A DNA stretch of 64,000 bases from positions 4,832,001 through 4,896,000 of the forward strand of contig CM000152.2 of NCBI GenBank assembly GCA_000004695.1. The letters run 5' to 3'. The notes under the pieces are model-generated. The model saw only the letters and a program-made list of their open reading frames with translations. It was not told the origin of the DNA and did no database searches. The position numbers were made by a program, and so were the translations under genes. Source of the stretch: Dictyostelium discoideum. Taxonomy: Eukaryota. Positions within the stretch are counted from its first letter, which is position 1. Each line of letters starts with the position of its first letter. This document shows positions 25,070 to 44,615 of the stretch, piece by piece.

Positions 25070-25315
25070 TTTTATTGATATTTTATTTATTTATTATTAT
25101 TTCCAACAACAACAATAATAATAATAATAATAATATAATTGAGAATTTATGTATAAATAATAATTTAAGTGATATCGAAAAATTGAATTTGTTTTATTCA
25201 ATTTCTTTTTATATTTAATCTTTTAAAAAAAAATAAAAAAAAATAAAAAATAAAAAAAAAAGTTTGACACAAAAAAAAAAAAAAAAATTTTAAAAAAAAT
25301 TGAAAAACTGATTCG

Positions 25316-25346
<31 letters not shown>

Positions 25347-25639
25347 GTTTAGTGCTTTAAAAAAGTAATTTTTATTTATTTAATTTAAAAAAAAAAAAAA
25401 AAAGAAATTAAATTGCTAACGATATTCCAGCAATTGAAATCGTCCAAATTAAAAAAATAATTAACAAAAAAAAAAAAAAACAGAGCAGAACAGAAATAAA
25501 ATAAAAAAACAAAACGGAAATAAAAAAAAAAATTAAATAAAATTAAACCAAATTAATCAAACACCAATTACCCACACCTATACTCACCGTTTTATTTGAA
25601 GTATTTTCTACCAAAAATACCACACTTTTTTTTTTTTTT

Positions 25640-25745
25640 CCCTCTCTCCAAAGCAAGACAATGAACATTACAAGGCAAGTGAAATTAGCATAAAAACACC
25701 ACTAACCAATCTGGGATCTGGCTTCTGTCAGTGTTGTATTATTAT
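25640..25745 (+). ncRNA. candidate small non-coding RNA (GC-rich ~105-nt island between T-runs; DUSE-like ACCCACAC at 25570..25577)
   Basis: ccctctctccaaagcaagacaatgaacattacaaggcaagtgaaattagcataaaaacaccactaaccaatctgggatctggcttctgtcagtgttgtattatt is followed by T13+ and preceded by a T14 run. An ACCCACAC box lies about 70 nt upstream. No ORF is present. Identity is not recognised: not U1, U2, U4, U5 or U6 by remembered conserved blocks. Confidence 0.25.
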
Positions 25746-25990
25746 TTTTTTTTTTTTTGGTTTTTTTTTTTTTTTTTTTTTTATTGTTGAAAACTTTTTT
25801 TTTTTTTTTTTTAGTTTTTGAGTTTATATCAATTGATAAACTCTTGGTGGTTTTTTTTTTTTTTTCTTTTTTTTTTTTGTACATAAATAACATTTAATGA
25901 ATGCTTTTTATGGGTATATAGTGTGGATTTTTCTTTGGGTTTGGTAAAGAATTTGAGTCGGGTTTGAGTGAGGGGTTTTTTTGTTTTTGT

Positions 25991-26413
25991 TTATTCTTTC
26001 ATAGCGTTACTGTTTGAGATTTCGTCAAGTTCTTGGTCGAGTTCTTCTTTGCTTGGAGTCTTTTCTCTTTTACCACCACGACTACCACCACGACCACCAC
26101 GACCACCTTTGAAACCTCCACGACCACCACGACCACCTTTAAAACCACCACGACCACCAGTTGAACCACCTCTTGATGAAGTGAAACCACCACGACCACC
26201 ACGAGTAGAAACTTGACCACCACGGCCACCTCTTGATGAAGAGAATGAACCACCACGACCACTGCTAGTAGAACCATTGTTGATGGTGACAGTTGTTGAA
26301 CCGCCTCTTGAGGTTTTTCTTTGTGGGCTTAAACCAACTTTTTTCATTTGAGTGAATCTATCATTTAATGAACCACTGGCGGTAGAATTTACAATAACAC
26401 GACGGGATGACAT
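25991..26413 (-). CDS. CHTOP/FOP-like RGG-repeat protein (chromatin target of PRMT1-like), 140 aa
   Basis: Start chosen at the second Met (MSSRRVIVNSTASGSLNDRFTQM), matching the CHTOP N-terminal motif (...SLNERFTNM). Upstream ORF codons are poly-F/K junk. RGG/RGGF repeats follow, then the C-terminal SKEELDQELDEI (CHTOP: TKEQLDNQLDAYM). Confidence 0.7.
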   Translation of the reverse strand: MSSRRVIVNSTASGSLNDRFTQMKKVGLSPQRKTSRGGSTTVTINNGSTSSGRGGSFSSSRGGRGGQVSTRGGRGGFTSSRGGSTGGRGGFKGGRGGRGGFKGGRGGRGGSRGGKREKTPSKEELDQELDEISNSNAMKE

Positions 26414-26987
26414 TTTCTTTATTTCTTTATTTACTTGAACTATTTGAAGACCTAATGAGGGAAATTGAAAAATAAACCAAATACATTTTTTTTTTTTTTT
26501 TTTGAATTTAATTTTGGGATGGATAAGGTTGGAGAAGAAAAAAAAAAAAAAAAAAGAAAAAGTTGATGTTTTTTTCAATTTATATTGTCAGTTGTTTTGT
26601 TTGGTAAATTATTTAATTTATATATATATAAAAAAAAATAAAAAAATTGTTGTTGATTTAAAAAAAAAAAAAATAAAAATAAATAAAATAATATTTGTAT
26701 TTATTGATAAACTACCTTTTGGATTATTATTATTGTTATTATTATTATTATTATTATTATAATTTATTGTTATTAATTATATTGATTGTTTTTTAAAAAA
26801 ATATTTATATTGAGAATGTTTGGGAGGGGAGAGAAAAAAAAAAAAAAAAAAAAATAGAGACTAAACAACAAATAAATGAGTGGAGGTTGGTATAAAAAAA
26901 ATTTAATAAATGAATAAAAAAAAAAAATTTTAAAAAATTTGAAAAAATTAAAAAAAAAATTTTTTAAAAAAAAAAAAAAAAAAATTA

Positions 26988-27018
<31 letters not shown>

Positions 27019-27386
27019 AATTAAGTTTTATGAAGCAACTTCAGAATTTCTATTAATATGACGGTTACCAACGGAGAATTAAATTTATTTAAGCAAAATA
27101 AATAATCGACTTCACCAAATAAAATTTTTTTTTATTTTCTATTTTTTTTTCAAAGAAATAATTTTTTTTTTTTTTTTTTTTTTTTTTTTGGTCAACTAAT
27201 TTTATTTTATTCCAAAATTGGAATTTGTGTAATGTTTGATTTCCAAAATCTGCAATCTTAAAATAAAAAAATAAAATTAAAAAAATAAAAACAAAAAACA
27301 ACACTGTTAATTAATATTTAGATTTATAATATTAAAAATTAATATTTTAATTATAGTTTTTTTTTTATTTTTTTTTATTTTTTTTT

Positions 27387-29954
27387 TTATATTTTATTAT
27401 ATGATGATAATTTATTTCTTAAATAATTTATAATATGAATTCTATTATAACTAATTGAAATAATTAAACATTGATTTAAAATTGAAGGAGTAATATCTTT
27501 AGATATATTTAATAATTGATGGAAAATTGATAAATGACCAGACTTTTTAATTGCATTTGTAATTTGTTGACCTGTTATTGGTAATTTTATATCACCATTT
27601 TCTTTAATTACAATTGATAACATCATTGAAGAATTGATTGAAATGATTTGATCGATTTGATTAAAATAAAGAGGTTGTTTTTGAGGGATACACGGATTAT
27701 GTAAATCTTTATATCTTTGAGTTGATCTTAATAATTCAATAATTTCAAACCAACCTCTTGTTAAACAAAATTGAATTGCCATATCATAACCTTCATTTCT
27801 ATTATCCAATAAGAATTTAACAGAATTATAACAATCATGACGACTTGCTAAATCAATTGCTTCAGTTGTACATTCTTGTTTTGGGAAATGATTATGAATA
27901 TATTCTAAAACTTTAACATTTTCAAAACAATTATTAAATGATTTCTTGGAAAATGTAAATCCATTTTCAATTAATTTTTTAACAATTCTTAAATTTGAAA
28001 TACCACAATCAATAACTTTATTATTATTGATATTGATATTGATATTGGTATTGGTATTGGTATTGGTATTGGTATTGGTATTGGTATTGGTATTGGTATT
28101 GGTATTGGTATTGGTATTGGTATTGGTGTTGATATTGGTATTAGAAAATATATTATCAAGTAACCAATCAATAGTATTCCATAATTTTAATTTAATACAA
28201 TTATTTAATGTTGAAATTGGTATAGTTGGTTTCTTTTCTTGTGGACAAATCGAATATAGATATTTGAATAAGTGTAATCCTTGAGGTTTTAAACAACAAG
28301 CAGTTAAAAAATCTTGGGTGATTAATGAGGGGTCAAGTTTAAATTCCTGAAAGATCATTATTACTGCATCAATATCATTACTTGCCGATGCAACTATTAA
28401 AAGATAACTTAGATCTATTTCAATTGCAAGCTCATGATATAGGAATCTAATAACATCTAATTTCTTTTCTTTTAATGCCACATGAGCCAATTCTTCAGTG
28501 AAATTTGAACGATCAATAACTTGTGATAAATAAATTAAAATTGATATTTCACCAAAGGCTGCACTTTCAATTAGAATGCTATCTATATCGATCGCAGAGT
28601 TGAAATTCTCAAAAATGTATTTCACACATTCCATATCATTACAACTAATTGAAAATTTATTTAAAAGATTATTTTGTTTTACAAATTTGAATGATTGTAA
28701 ATCATTGATTGAAAAACTACCATTATTTTTAAAATCCCAAATGTCAATACCATTTTTATGACAGAATTCTAATGATTCGAAACTTATTGAATATAAATAC
28801 TGGTAATAAAAACATTGTGATAATTGTTGTTTATCAATTGGTAGTGTGATTAATTTAGATTGGTTGATTAAATAATCTAATATATCAATCAATGAATTCA
28901 TAATACAAAATAAAAATGAATTTAATAGTAAATCTAAATTCTTGATTCTCACAGACAATAATTGTCTATCCTTTTCAGTTACTTTATTCTCGACTATATA
29001 TTTAATCATTAATAAAACTTTATCCTTATTAATTTTATCTCCAAAGAATACATGTCTAGTCTGTGAGTGGGTGTTAAGACTTGGTGATATACATTGCAAC
29101 GAGTGTTCAATCATGGTAAACCAATTTATTTGACTAAAATCAAAACCAAACTTTGGGAATTCATTCAAAACATATTCTAACAACTCTATATTTAAATTTC
29201 TAATACATTTTCCTATAATGGTTTCTGCTTCTTCAAATTCCATTGTCATAGTTGTCGTTATTTTCGAATTTAGTATTACAATTTCATTGAAATTTTGTTT
29301 ATTCTTTTCAATTATATATTTTAATAATTCTAAATCATTGATTGCCATTGAATTTATTAAAATTCTAAAACTACAACCCTCATTCCTATTATTTAATAAA
29401 TGTTTAACAATTGAATGTCTATTGAGTGGGTTTGGATTCAAGGGTGCTTTATCTAGTGCGTCTGTAGAGGTAACATTTGATAATAGGTCATTCGGTATCA
29501 CTGATTCTAATAATAAAATATCTTCAAGTGAACAATTATCAGTCATATAATCCAAACTTGGTAAACATGTGAAAAATTGATTTCTTCTATTTCTAATGAT
29601 TTCTTCTTCATTATTATGATTATCATTACCATTATCGTTATCATTATTTCCAGTTGATTCTTTATTTATATCAAAGTCATGTTCTGTTAATAAATATTTC
29701 AATAATTGAGAAGCTGATTGTGTAGAATCCATTTGTGTTAAAAGTTCAAATAAATTTAACATTCCAAATCTTTCAGTTAATTGATGTTTATTGAATTTTA
29801 ATTTATCATATGCTAATCCAAAGTAACCATTTGAACAAATCCATGATAAAGAATGAATATCATCATATTTATATCCATTTGGTTGACTAACAAATTGAAA
29901 TATTAATTTCCTTATAAATTTATTATTGAAAACTTTTTTAAATAATTCTTCCAT
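27387..29954 (-). CDS. hypothetical protein, 855 aa, Dictyostelium-type low-complexity protein with a (TN)n tract
   Basis: Single long minus ORF starting MEELFKKVFNNKFIRKLIFQFVSQPNGYKYDDIHSLSW... It contains the coding hexanucleotide array at 28027..28143. No family recognised. Confidence 0.8.
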   Translation of the reverse strand: MEELFKKVFNNKFIRKLIFQFVSQPNGYKYDDIHSLSWICSNGYFGLAYDKLKFNKHQLTERFGMLNLFELLTQMDSTQSASQLLKYLLTEHDFDINKESTGNNDNDNGNDNHNNEEEIIRNRRNQFFTCLPSLDYMTDNCSLEDILLLESVIPNDLLSNVTSTDALDKAPLNPNPLNRHSIVKHLLNNRNEGCSFRILINSMAINDLELLKYIIEKNKQNFNEIVILNSKITTTMTMEFEEAETIIGKCIRNLNIELLEYVLNEFPKFGFDFSQINWFTMIEHSLQCISPSLNTHSQTRHVFFGDKINKDKVLLMIKYIVENKVTEKDRQLLSVRIKNLDLLLNSFLFCIMNSLIDILDYLINQSKLITLPIDKQQLSQCFYYQYLYSISFESLEFCHKNGIDIWDFKNNGSFSINDLQSFKFVKQNNLLNKFSISCNDMECVKYIFENFNSAIDIDSILIESAAFGEISILIYLSQVIDRSNFTEELAHVALKEKKLDVIRFLYHELAIEIDLSYLLIVASASNDIDAVIMIFQEFKLDPSLITQDFLTACCLKPQGLHLFKYLYSICPQEKKPTIPISTLNNCIKLKLWNTIDWLLDNIFSNTNINTNTNTNTNTNTNTNTNTNTNTNTNTNTNINININNNKVIDCGISNLRIVKKLIENGFTFSKKSFNNCFENVKVLEYIHNHFPKQECTTEAIDLASRHDCYNSVKFLLDNRNEGYDMAIQFCLTRGWFEIIELLRSTQRYKDLHNPCIPQKQPLYFNQIDQIISINSSMMLSIVIKENGDIKLPITGQQITNAIKKSGHLSIFHQLLNISKDITPSILNQCLIISISYNRIHIINYLRNKLSSYNKI
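28027..28143. repeat. (GGTATT)n hexanucleotide array, about 18 units, coding (Asn-Thr)n on the minus strand
   Basis: Read directly. The plus-strand ORF 27946..28284 (VLVLVL...) is its antisense artifact. Confidence 0.95.
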
Positions 29955-30268
29955 TTTTTTTTTTATTTTTTTTAATAATTCTTTATTTTTTTTTTTTTTA
30001 ATTATTTGTATTTGTTTGTTTATAAAAAAAAAAATAATGAAAGTGAAAAAAAAAAAAATAAAAAAATAATATACTTGGTATATCCCAAAAATTTCTCTTT
30101 TTTTTTTATTTTTTTTATTTTTTTTATTTTATTTTTAATTTTTTAAAAAAATTAAAAAATTAAAAAAAACCTTTTAATTAATTTCAAAGCATATGAATTC
30201 GTAGTTCATTTTCTTTCAATCTTTTAATCACCACTCATTAAAAATAAATAAATAAAAAAAAAAGACAT

Positions 30269-30313
<45 letters not shown>

Positions 30314-30321
30314 GAATAATA

Positions 30322-34125
<3,804 letters not shown>

Positions 34126-34445
34126 TAATAAATTAATAAATTAATAAATTAAAATAATTAAATAATTAAATAATTAATTGAAGTAAAAAAAAAAAAAAAA
34201 AAACTGGAAATTAATTGCAGTAAAAAAAAAAAATAAAAAAATAAAAAAATAAATAAATTTTTTTTTAGACTTCTCGTCGCTTTCGTTTTTTTTTTTTTTT
34301 TTTTTTATTTTTTTTTTTTTTTTTCATTTTATTTTTTACTTTCGTTTTCTTGTGGTGTGTGATTATTTATCTATTTTTGTGTGTGTGTTTTTTTGTGAAA
34401 TAACTTTAATTCAACAGCAATAAAAATAAATTAATAATAATAACC

Positions 34446-34476
<31 letters not shown>

Positions 34477-34494
34477 AAAATAATATAAAATAAA

Positions 34495-36303
34495 ATGTTA
34501 GTTGATAATCAAACATCTACCACTACAAATTTAGTAGGAACAAAAAGAAAATCACCAGAAAATGATTTTATTATGACAATTGATATTGCAGGAGATGATG
34601 ATTTTGTAGATGATGATGAAAATGATGATGATGAAGATTTAAAAGAAGATTTTTTCGTATGTATAATAAAAAATTATTAATAATAATTAATAAAAATAAT
34701 AATTAAAACAATAAAATTAATTATTTTTTTTTATTTATTTTAAATTAGTTTGAAGAATCAGATAAACCACAGTTACCATGGGATTTTGCACCAACTATTG
34801 AAAAGATGAAACAACAAACTCATAAAAAAACAGATGGTCAAACTTCATTAGAAGATAAAATTAATCAAAGAAAAACAGTTAAAAAATTAAAAGCAGATGA
34901 TGATAAATCAGTAACTACCAAAACAACAAATAATAATAAATCAAAAAAAAGTAATAATAATGATAATGATGATGATGATGAAGAAGTAAATGAAGAAGAA
35001 GAGGAGGAAGAAGAAGAAGAAGATAATGAAAATGAAAAAGAAATTAATAAAAAACAACAACAACAACAACAACAATCAAATAAACAAACAACAGATAAAA
35101 TTAAAGTTTTACAATCAAATAGAAAATTGAAAAAAATTGTTGAAGAAGAATTACCAACATTTGAAGAATTACATTTATCTAGACCATTATTAAAGGCAGT
35201 ACAAAAACTTGGATTTAGTCAACCAACACCAATTCAAGCCAAAGCAATTCCATTGGCATTGAATGGTAAGGATATTTTAGCAAGTGCAAGTACTGGTTCA
35301 GGTAAGACAGCAGCATTCCTTTTACCAGTTTTAGAGAGATTACTTTTTAGAGATAGTGAATATCGTGCAATTAGAGTATTGATTTTATTACCAACTCGTG
35401 AGTTGGCATTACAATGTCAATCGGTTATGGAGAATTTAGCACAATTTTCAAACATCACATCATGTCTTATCGTTGGTGGTCTTTCAAATAAAGCACAAGA
35501 AGTTGAACTTAGAAAATCACCAGATGTTGTCATTGCAACACCAGGTCGTTTAATCGATCATCTTTTGAATGCCCATGGCATTGGTTTGGATGATTTGGAG
35601 ATTTTAATTCTCGATGAAGCCGATCGTCTTTTAGATATGGGTTTCAAAGATGAAATCAATAAAATTGTTGAAAGTTGTCCAACCAATCGTCAAACTATGC
35701 TCTTTTCAGCAACACTAAATGATGAAGTTAAAACACTCGCCAAGCTATCACTTCAACAACCAATTCGTGTTCAAGTTGATGCATTGATGCAAGTAACATC
35801 AACATTGGAACAAGAGTTTGTTAAAATTAAACCACAACATCTTAGTGATCGTCCAGCAATTCTTCTCTCTCTTTGTACTCGTGTCTTTAATCAAGGTGGA
35901 ACCATTATCTTTTGTCGTAGTAAAAAAGAAGTACATAGATTACGTATCATCTTTGGTTTATCTGATTTGAAAGCCGCTGAATTACATGGTAATCTTTCAC
36001 AAGAACAACGTTTCGATTCACTTCAACAATTTAGAGATGGTCAAGTCAATTATTTATTAGCTTCAGATGTCGCCTCTAGAGGTCTCGATATCATTGGTGT
36101 TAAAACCGTTATCAATTACAATATGCCAAATAATATGGCAAATTACATTCACAGAGTTGGTCGTACTGCTCGTGCTGGTATGGATGGTAAATCTTGCTCT
36201 TTTATCACTGATAATGATCGTAAACTCTTAAAAGATATTGTTACAAAAGCAAGAAATAAAGCAAAATCAAGATCTGTTTCACAAGATGTAAGTATTTATA
36301 TAG

Positions 36304-36343
<40 letters not shown>

Positions 36344-37027
36344 TATTAATTTTTTAATATTTTTTGTTATTAAAAGAATGTAAATTTCTGGAGAAATAGA
36401 ATTGAAGAATTAACAGAAGATATTAAATCAATTGTTAGAGAAGAAATGAAAGAAGCAGATTTAAGAAAAGCAGAGAAAACATTAGATAAAGCAGAGAAAA
36501 TCATTTCAAATGCTGATGCAAATGTTGAAACACCAAAAGTTTGGTATAAAACAAAACAAGAAGAAGATAAATCAAAAGAGTTATGGAAGATTGAAAATAA
36601 CATTGTTAATCCAGGTAAAAAATTAAAGGCACCAATCGATGTTACCGGTGTAAATAATGTACCATCAATTAAAAAATTAAAACAAAAGAAAGATCCATAC
36701 TATGGTTTATCTAGAAAACAAAGAAGACATAGACAATTTAAAGAAGAGTTTGAACGTGAACAACAAGAGGAGAGAAAGAGAAAAGGTGGTGACGATGGTG
36801 ATGATAATGAAGAAATTGATTCTGGTAAAATGTTTGAAAGATCTCAAAGAGCTCAAAAATCATCTGGTAAAGAAACAAAAAGAATTGAATCACTTCGTAG
36901 AAATTATATGGCTGGTGGTGCTTTAACTGATCAAGAAAAACAAAGAGTTGACAATAAAAAATCAAAGAAAAATAAGAGAATGATTGTAAATAAAAAAGAA
37001 AAGAAACAAAGACTATCAAAGAAATAA
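34495..37027 (+). CDS. DEAD-box RNA helicase DDX27/Drs1; exons 34495..34656, 34749..36287, 36377..37027
   Basis: Exon 2 carries all helicase motifs (Q-motif ELHLSRPLLKAVQKLGFSQPTPIQ, AxTGSGKT, PTRELA, DEAD, SAT, HRVGRTARAG). The acidic Lys/Glu-rich N-terminus and a long basic C-terminus (...QRLSKK) are typical of DDX27/Drs1. Intron 1 runs from donor GTATGT at 34657 to AG at 34747-48 (first exon moderately confident). Intron 2 runs from donor GTAAGT at 36288 to AG at 36375-76 and carries an A32 run. Confidence 0.8.
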
Positions 37028-37308
37028 AAAAAAAAAAAAAAAAACAAATTAAAAAAATAAATAAATAAATAAACAATCTAAAATTAACTATTCAACAGAG
37101 TTTTTTTAATTAAAAACTATTATTACTGATATATTATTATTGTAATTTTAGTTTTTTCTTTTATTATTTTATTTTTTTTTTCCCAGTTTTATTCTGATTT
37201 GCGTATTTATATTAATTATGTTTTTGATACAATATTTCTACTATTTACATTGACATTAAATATTATGTCTTCGATTAATTTATTCATTGTTAGCTATATA
37301 TATATAAA

Positions 37309-37587
37309 TTATTGATGGTGGTCGTGGAGCTGGTTTTTGAAATTATTGGATGGGTTAGTAAAAATGATCTATTTATTGGGGGAAAAAATAAAAAAATATA
37401 TAAAACTTACCAATTCAACATTTGTTACTCTTCTACTCTTTGGTTTTTCTTTAACTTCTTTTTTATGACCTAAAAGTTCTCTTACAAATTCATATTTAGA
37501 TATATACATTTTCCACATTATATACCATCCTAAAGAAAGTGGAACTGCCACTAAAAGTATTGCGTACAATGTATCGAGAATTTGCAT
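37309..37587 (-). CDS. small single-pass membrane protein (65 aa); exons 37411..37587, 37309..37329
   Basis: MQILDTLYAILLVAVPLSLGWYIMWKMYISKYEFVRELLGHKKEVKEKPKSRRVTNVEL|LHDHHQ. Donor GTAAGT; 81-nt intron with a TACTAAC branch motif about 35 nt before acceptor CCAG. Family not recognised. Confidence 0.4.
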
Positions 37588-37993
37588 TATTAATTAGTTC
37601 TATCGTGTGTTTTAATTAAAAAAAAAAAAAAAAATAAAAATAAAAATAAAAATAAAAAAAAATTTAAAAAAAAAAAATTAAAATAAAAATAAAAATAAAA
37701 AAAAAAAAAAATTTAATTTAATTGTCTTATTGTCTTTTTTAAAATTATTGATGGCAGTTTGTATCATTTTAATAATATTTTCTTTTATAAATAAAAGATA
37801 TTCTCAAAAAATTCATTATATATGATAACATTTTTTAAGTTTAATTTTTTTTTTATTTTTTTTTTTTTTTTTATTTTTTTTTTTTTTTTTTATTTTTTTA
37901 TTTTTGAAAGATATGGATATCTAAAAAATTTATTGATTTTAATTATTTATTATCAAAAACTCATTATCCAGGATTGGAAGCTTTGTTTTGGAA

Positions 37994-38340
37994 TTATTGA
38001 TTTGAAAGAGTTTTTGGAGACCATTTATTGGAGTTTTCAACTAATAGGCCAATTATTGTATTGTATTCAATTGGGTCCCAAACAAAATCATTATAATGAA
38101 TTGTAAATGGATCATCACGATACATTGGAACAAACATTACCATCGCATTTAAGGTTGGTACAAATTTCAAATTGGCACCTGGATTAGTTTTATTTAAAGT
38201 TTCAATATGATCTTTTTTTGGAATCCCTGGTAACATATAAGCATAAACAATAACATTTTGATAAACACTATATTTCCCTTCTGTAAGAGTTTGTTTCCAA
38301 ATTTTGGTAGTCTCTGATGTTATGGTTTCTTCATATTCAT
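37994..38340 (-). CDS. orphan ORF fragment (115 codons, no start codon or usable upstream exon found)
   Basis: The reading frame ASLEVTTGYEYEETITSETTKIWKQTLTEGKYSVYQNVIVYAYMLPGIPKKDHIETLNKTNPGANLKFVPTLNAMVMFVPMYRDDPFTIHYNDFVWDPIEYNTIIGLLVENSNKWSPKTLSNQ is bounded upstream by an in-frame TAA. No ATG or convincing acceptor plus upstream exon was found. Alternating polar/hydrophobic beta-hairpin-like segments are present. It may be a gene fragment or pseudogene. Confidence 0.3.
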
Positions 38341-38566
38341 AGCCAGTTGTAACTTCAAGAGATGCTTAACAACAATCAAAAATTCTTTTTATTAGAATTA
38401 TATCTAACCCCAAAATGTTTGGAAATTTTGCAAATGTTTTTTCTTTTTATTTTATTTTATTTTTTTTTTTTTTTCTTTTTTTTTTTTAATAATAAAAGAA
38501 GGTTTTCTTTTTTTTTTATTTTTTTTTTATTTATCATTCTAATATTATTTTTTTTTATTTATAAAA

Positions 38567-39074
38567 ATGGATGTTAATAATTTAATGGAATTAAAAGAAA
38601 GCATTTTAAAGGCAGAAAAAGAAAATGAAGAGAAATTAAATAAAGAAGGTGTCAAACAATTTCCAATGGTATAGGTTATGTTGTTTTAAGCAAATTATGT
38701 GAACCTTCTCTCGCTGTCCCCTCTTGCACCAATCCAAAGAACACTTTTGGTTTGGACGATGCAAAGATAGTTTGTACCAATAAATCAATTGATGATAATA
38801 TCAATATGAAAGCTCCTCCAGATCCATTCGTATTTATCAAAATGGTGATATTGTTGTGGGATACATATTTCTATGCATTGGAGGTAATACTTATTAAATA
38901 GATTATAGATGTTATGTTGCCCCATGTGCCGCATTTGCCAAATACATCAAATCATATCCAGTTGTTGGTACTGTTGAAACTACATTAGAAAAGAAAAAAG
39001 GCTTTACTACCAGATTTAAAACCACTGATGATATTAATGAAAAACTATCAGCAAGCTTCAAAGGTTGGAAATAA
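38567..39074 (+). pseudogene. frameshifted ORF in an unusually GC-rich patch (candidate pseudogene or degraded element)
   Basis: Four successive frames carry coding-looking sequence. Frame A (from ATG 38567): MDVNNLMELKESILKAEKENEEKLNKEGVKQFP. Frame B: NGIGYVVLSKLCEPSLAVPSCTNPKNTFGLDDAKIVCTNKSIDDNINMKAPPDPFVFIK. Frame C: NGDIVVGYIFLCIGGNTY. Frame D: YRCYVAPCAAFAKYIKSYPVVGTVETTLEKKKGFTTRFKTTDDINEKLSASFKGWK. The B-to-C switch sits in an A4 homopolymer. The gaps could only be bridged by 18-26 nt introns. Local GC is far above the intergenic background. Confidence 0.3.
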
Positions 39075-39787
39075 AAGAGGTATTTTTAAAATTTTAAAAT
39101 AAAAAAATTAAAAAAAAAATAATAATTAAAAAGTATTGGGTCGATTCTGTTGGAACTTGTTAATCATTTTTCGGAGATAATAAAGATTTAATTAAAATTT
39201 TATTATTTTTTTTTTTTTTGATTGTTGATTGACGGGTTAGTTTTTTTTTTTTTTTTTTTTTTTTGGTCATCTGGTATTTATTTTTTATTTTTTATTTTTT
39301 ATTTTTATTTTTCAACTTTTTATTTTTTTGTTGATTCTAAAGTTAGTCCATCATTTAAAATTCATTTTTTGTAATATATTGTTTTTAAAAAAAAAAATTC
39401 TTAATAATAAAAATATTTTCAATTTACAAACATTTTATTTTTTATAATTTATATAAAAAGATAAGTTAAAAAAAAATACTTTAGACTTGGAGAAGAGCCA
39501 AACTAATCAAACTATAAAAAATAATAATGAAGATGATTTGGATAATGTTAAATAATTATTTTATTATAACTTTTCTATTATCAAAAATTCCAAATGAGGA
39601 TATAAAATTTTTAATTTATTTTTTGATTTTTTTTTTTTTTTTTTTTGAATTTTTTTTTTTTTTTTTTTTTTTTGATTTTTTTTTTTTTTTTTTTTTTTTT
39701 TGAGTTTTGATAATCTACCAACAATAACCCAAATAACTTTTTTTTTTTTTTTGTAAAAAAAAAAATAACAAATATAAATAAAAAAAT

Positions 39788-41878
<2,091 letters not shown>

Positions 41879-41912
41879 ATAAATTTAACATAAATTATTA
41901 TTAAAATAATTT

Positions 41913-41952
<40 letters not shown>

Positions 41953-42419
41953 TAATCCATATTTTTAATTAAAAGATGTGGAACTTAAGATATTTTACTA
42001 TAATAATTACTAATTGACAATGATAAAGAGGTAATTGTTTTTGGTATTAAAATTTATATTATTATATTAAGTTTTGGAAACTTTTTAAATTTAAAGATTT
42101 GGTAAAATATTACCAAAAACAAAGTTTAGTATCATATAATTAAAAAAAAAAACTCTTATTAATATTTGTTTTATAAATTTTTTTTATTTTATTTTATTTT
42201 ATTATTGTTATATTGACAATTGTAGTGTTGAATTTTTTTTTTTTTTGGAACTTTTTTTTTTTCTTTTTTTGGAATTTTTTTTTTTTTTTTTAATACAAAT
42301 ACAATAATTAAGACTATACAAAAATATTCATTGAGAATATTTAATTATTGGATTTTTTAGTGGTTTCACAAATTGTTAAAGAGTCGAAGTTGTTAACTAT
42401 TTTTTTTTTTTTTTTTTTG

Positions 42420-44453
<2,034 letters not shown>

Positions 44454-44615
44454 CCACCAACCATCTCTAACTGGATCTCTTTGAAATAATGGATTATTTG
44501 ATGAGGTATTCGATAGAGATGCAGAAATAACCCTCTTATGATCATATGTATATCTTGATCCATCTCTTTTTCTTAATTTAGACCATTTCTAAAAGTTTAA
44601 AAAAAAAAAACCTAC

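Noticed and set aside
25968-26216. Plus-strand ORF encoding PRPPRPP... repeats
   Set aside because: It is the antisense of the RGG repeats of the minus-strand CHTOP-like gene, a repeat-periodicity artifact. ORFs 25999..26277, 10039..10359, 9989..10345, 12224..12535, 48467..49407 (several), 53462..54268, 59519..60412 and 59692..60268 are the same kind of artifact.
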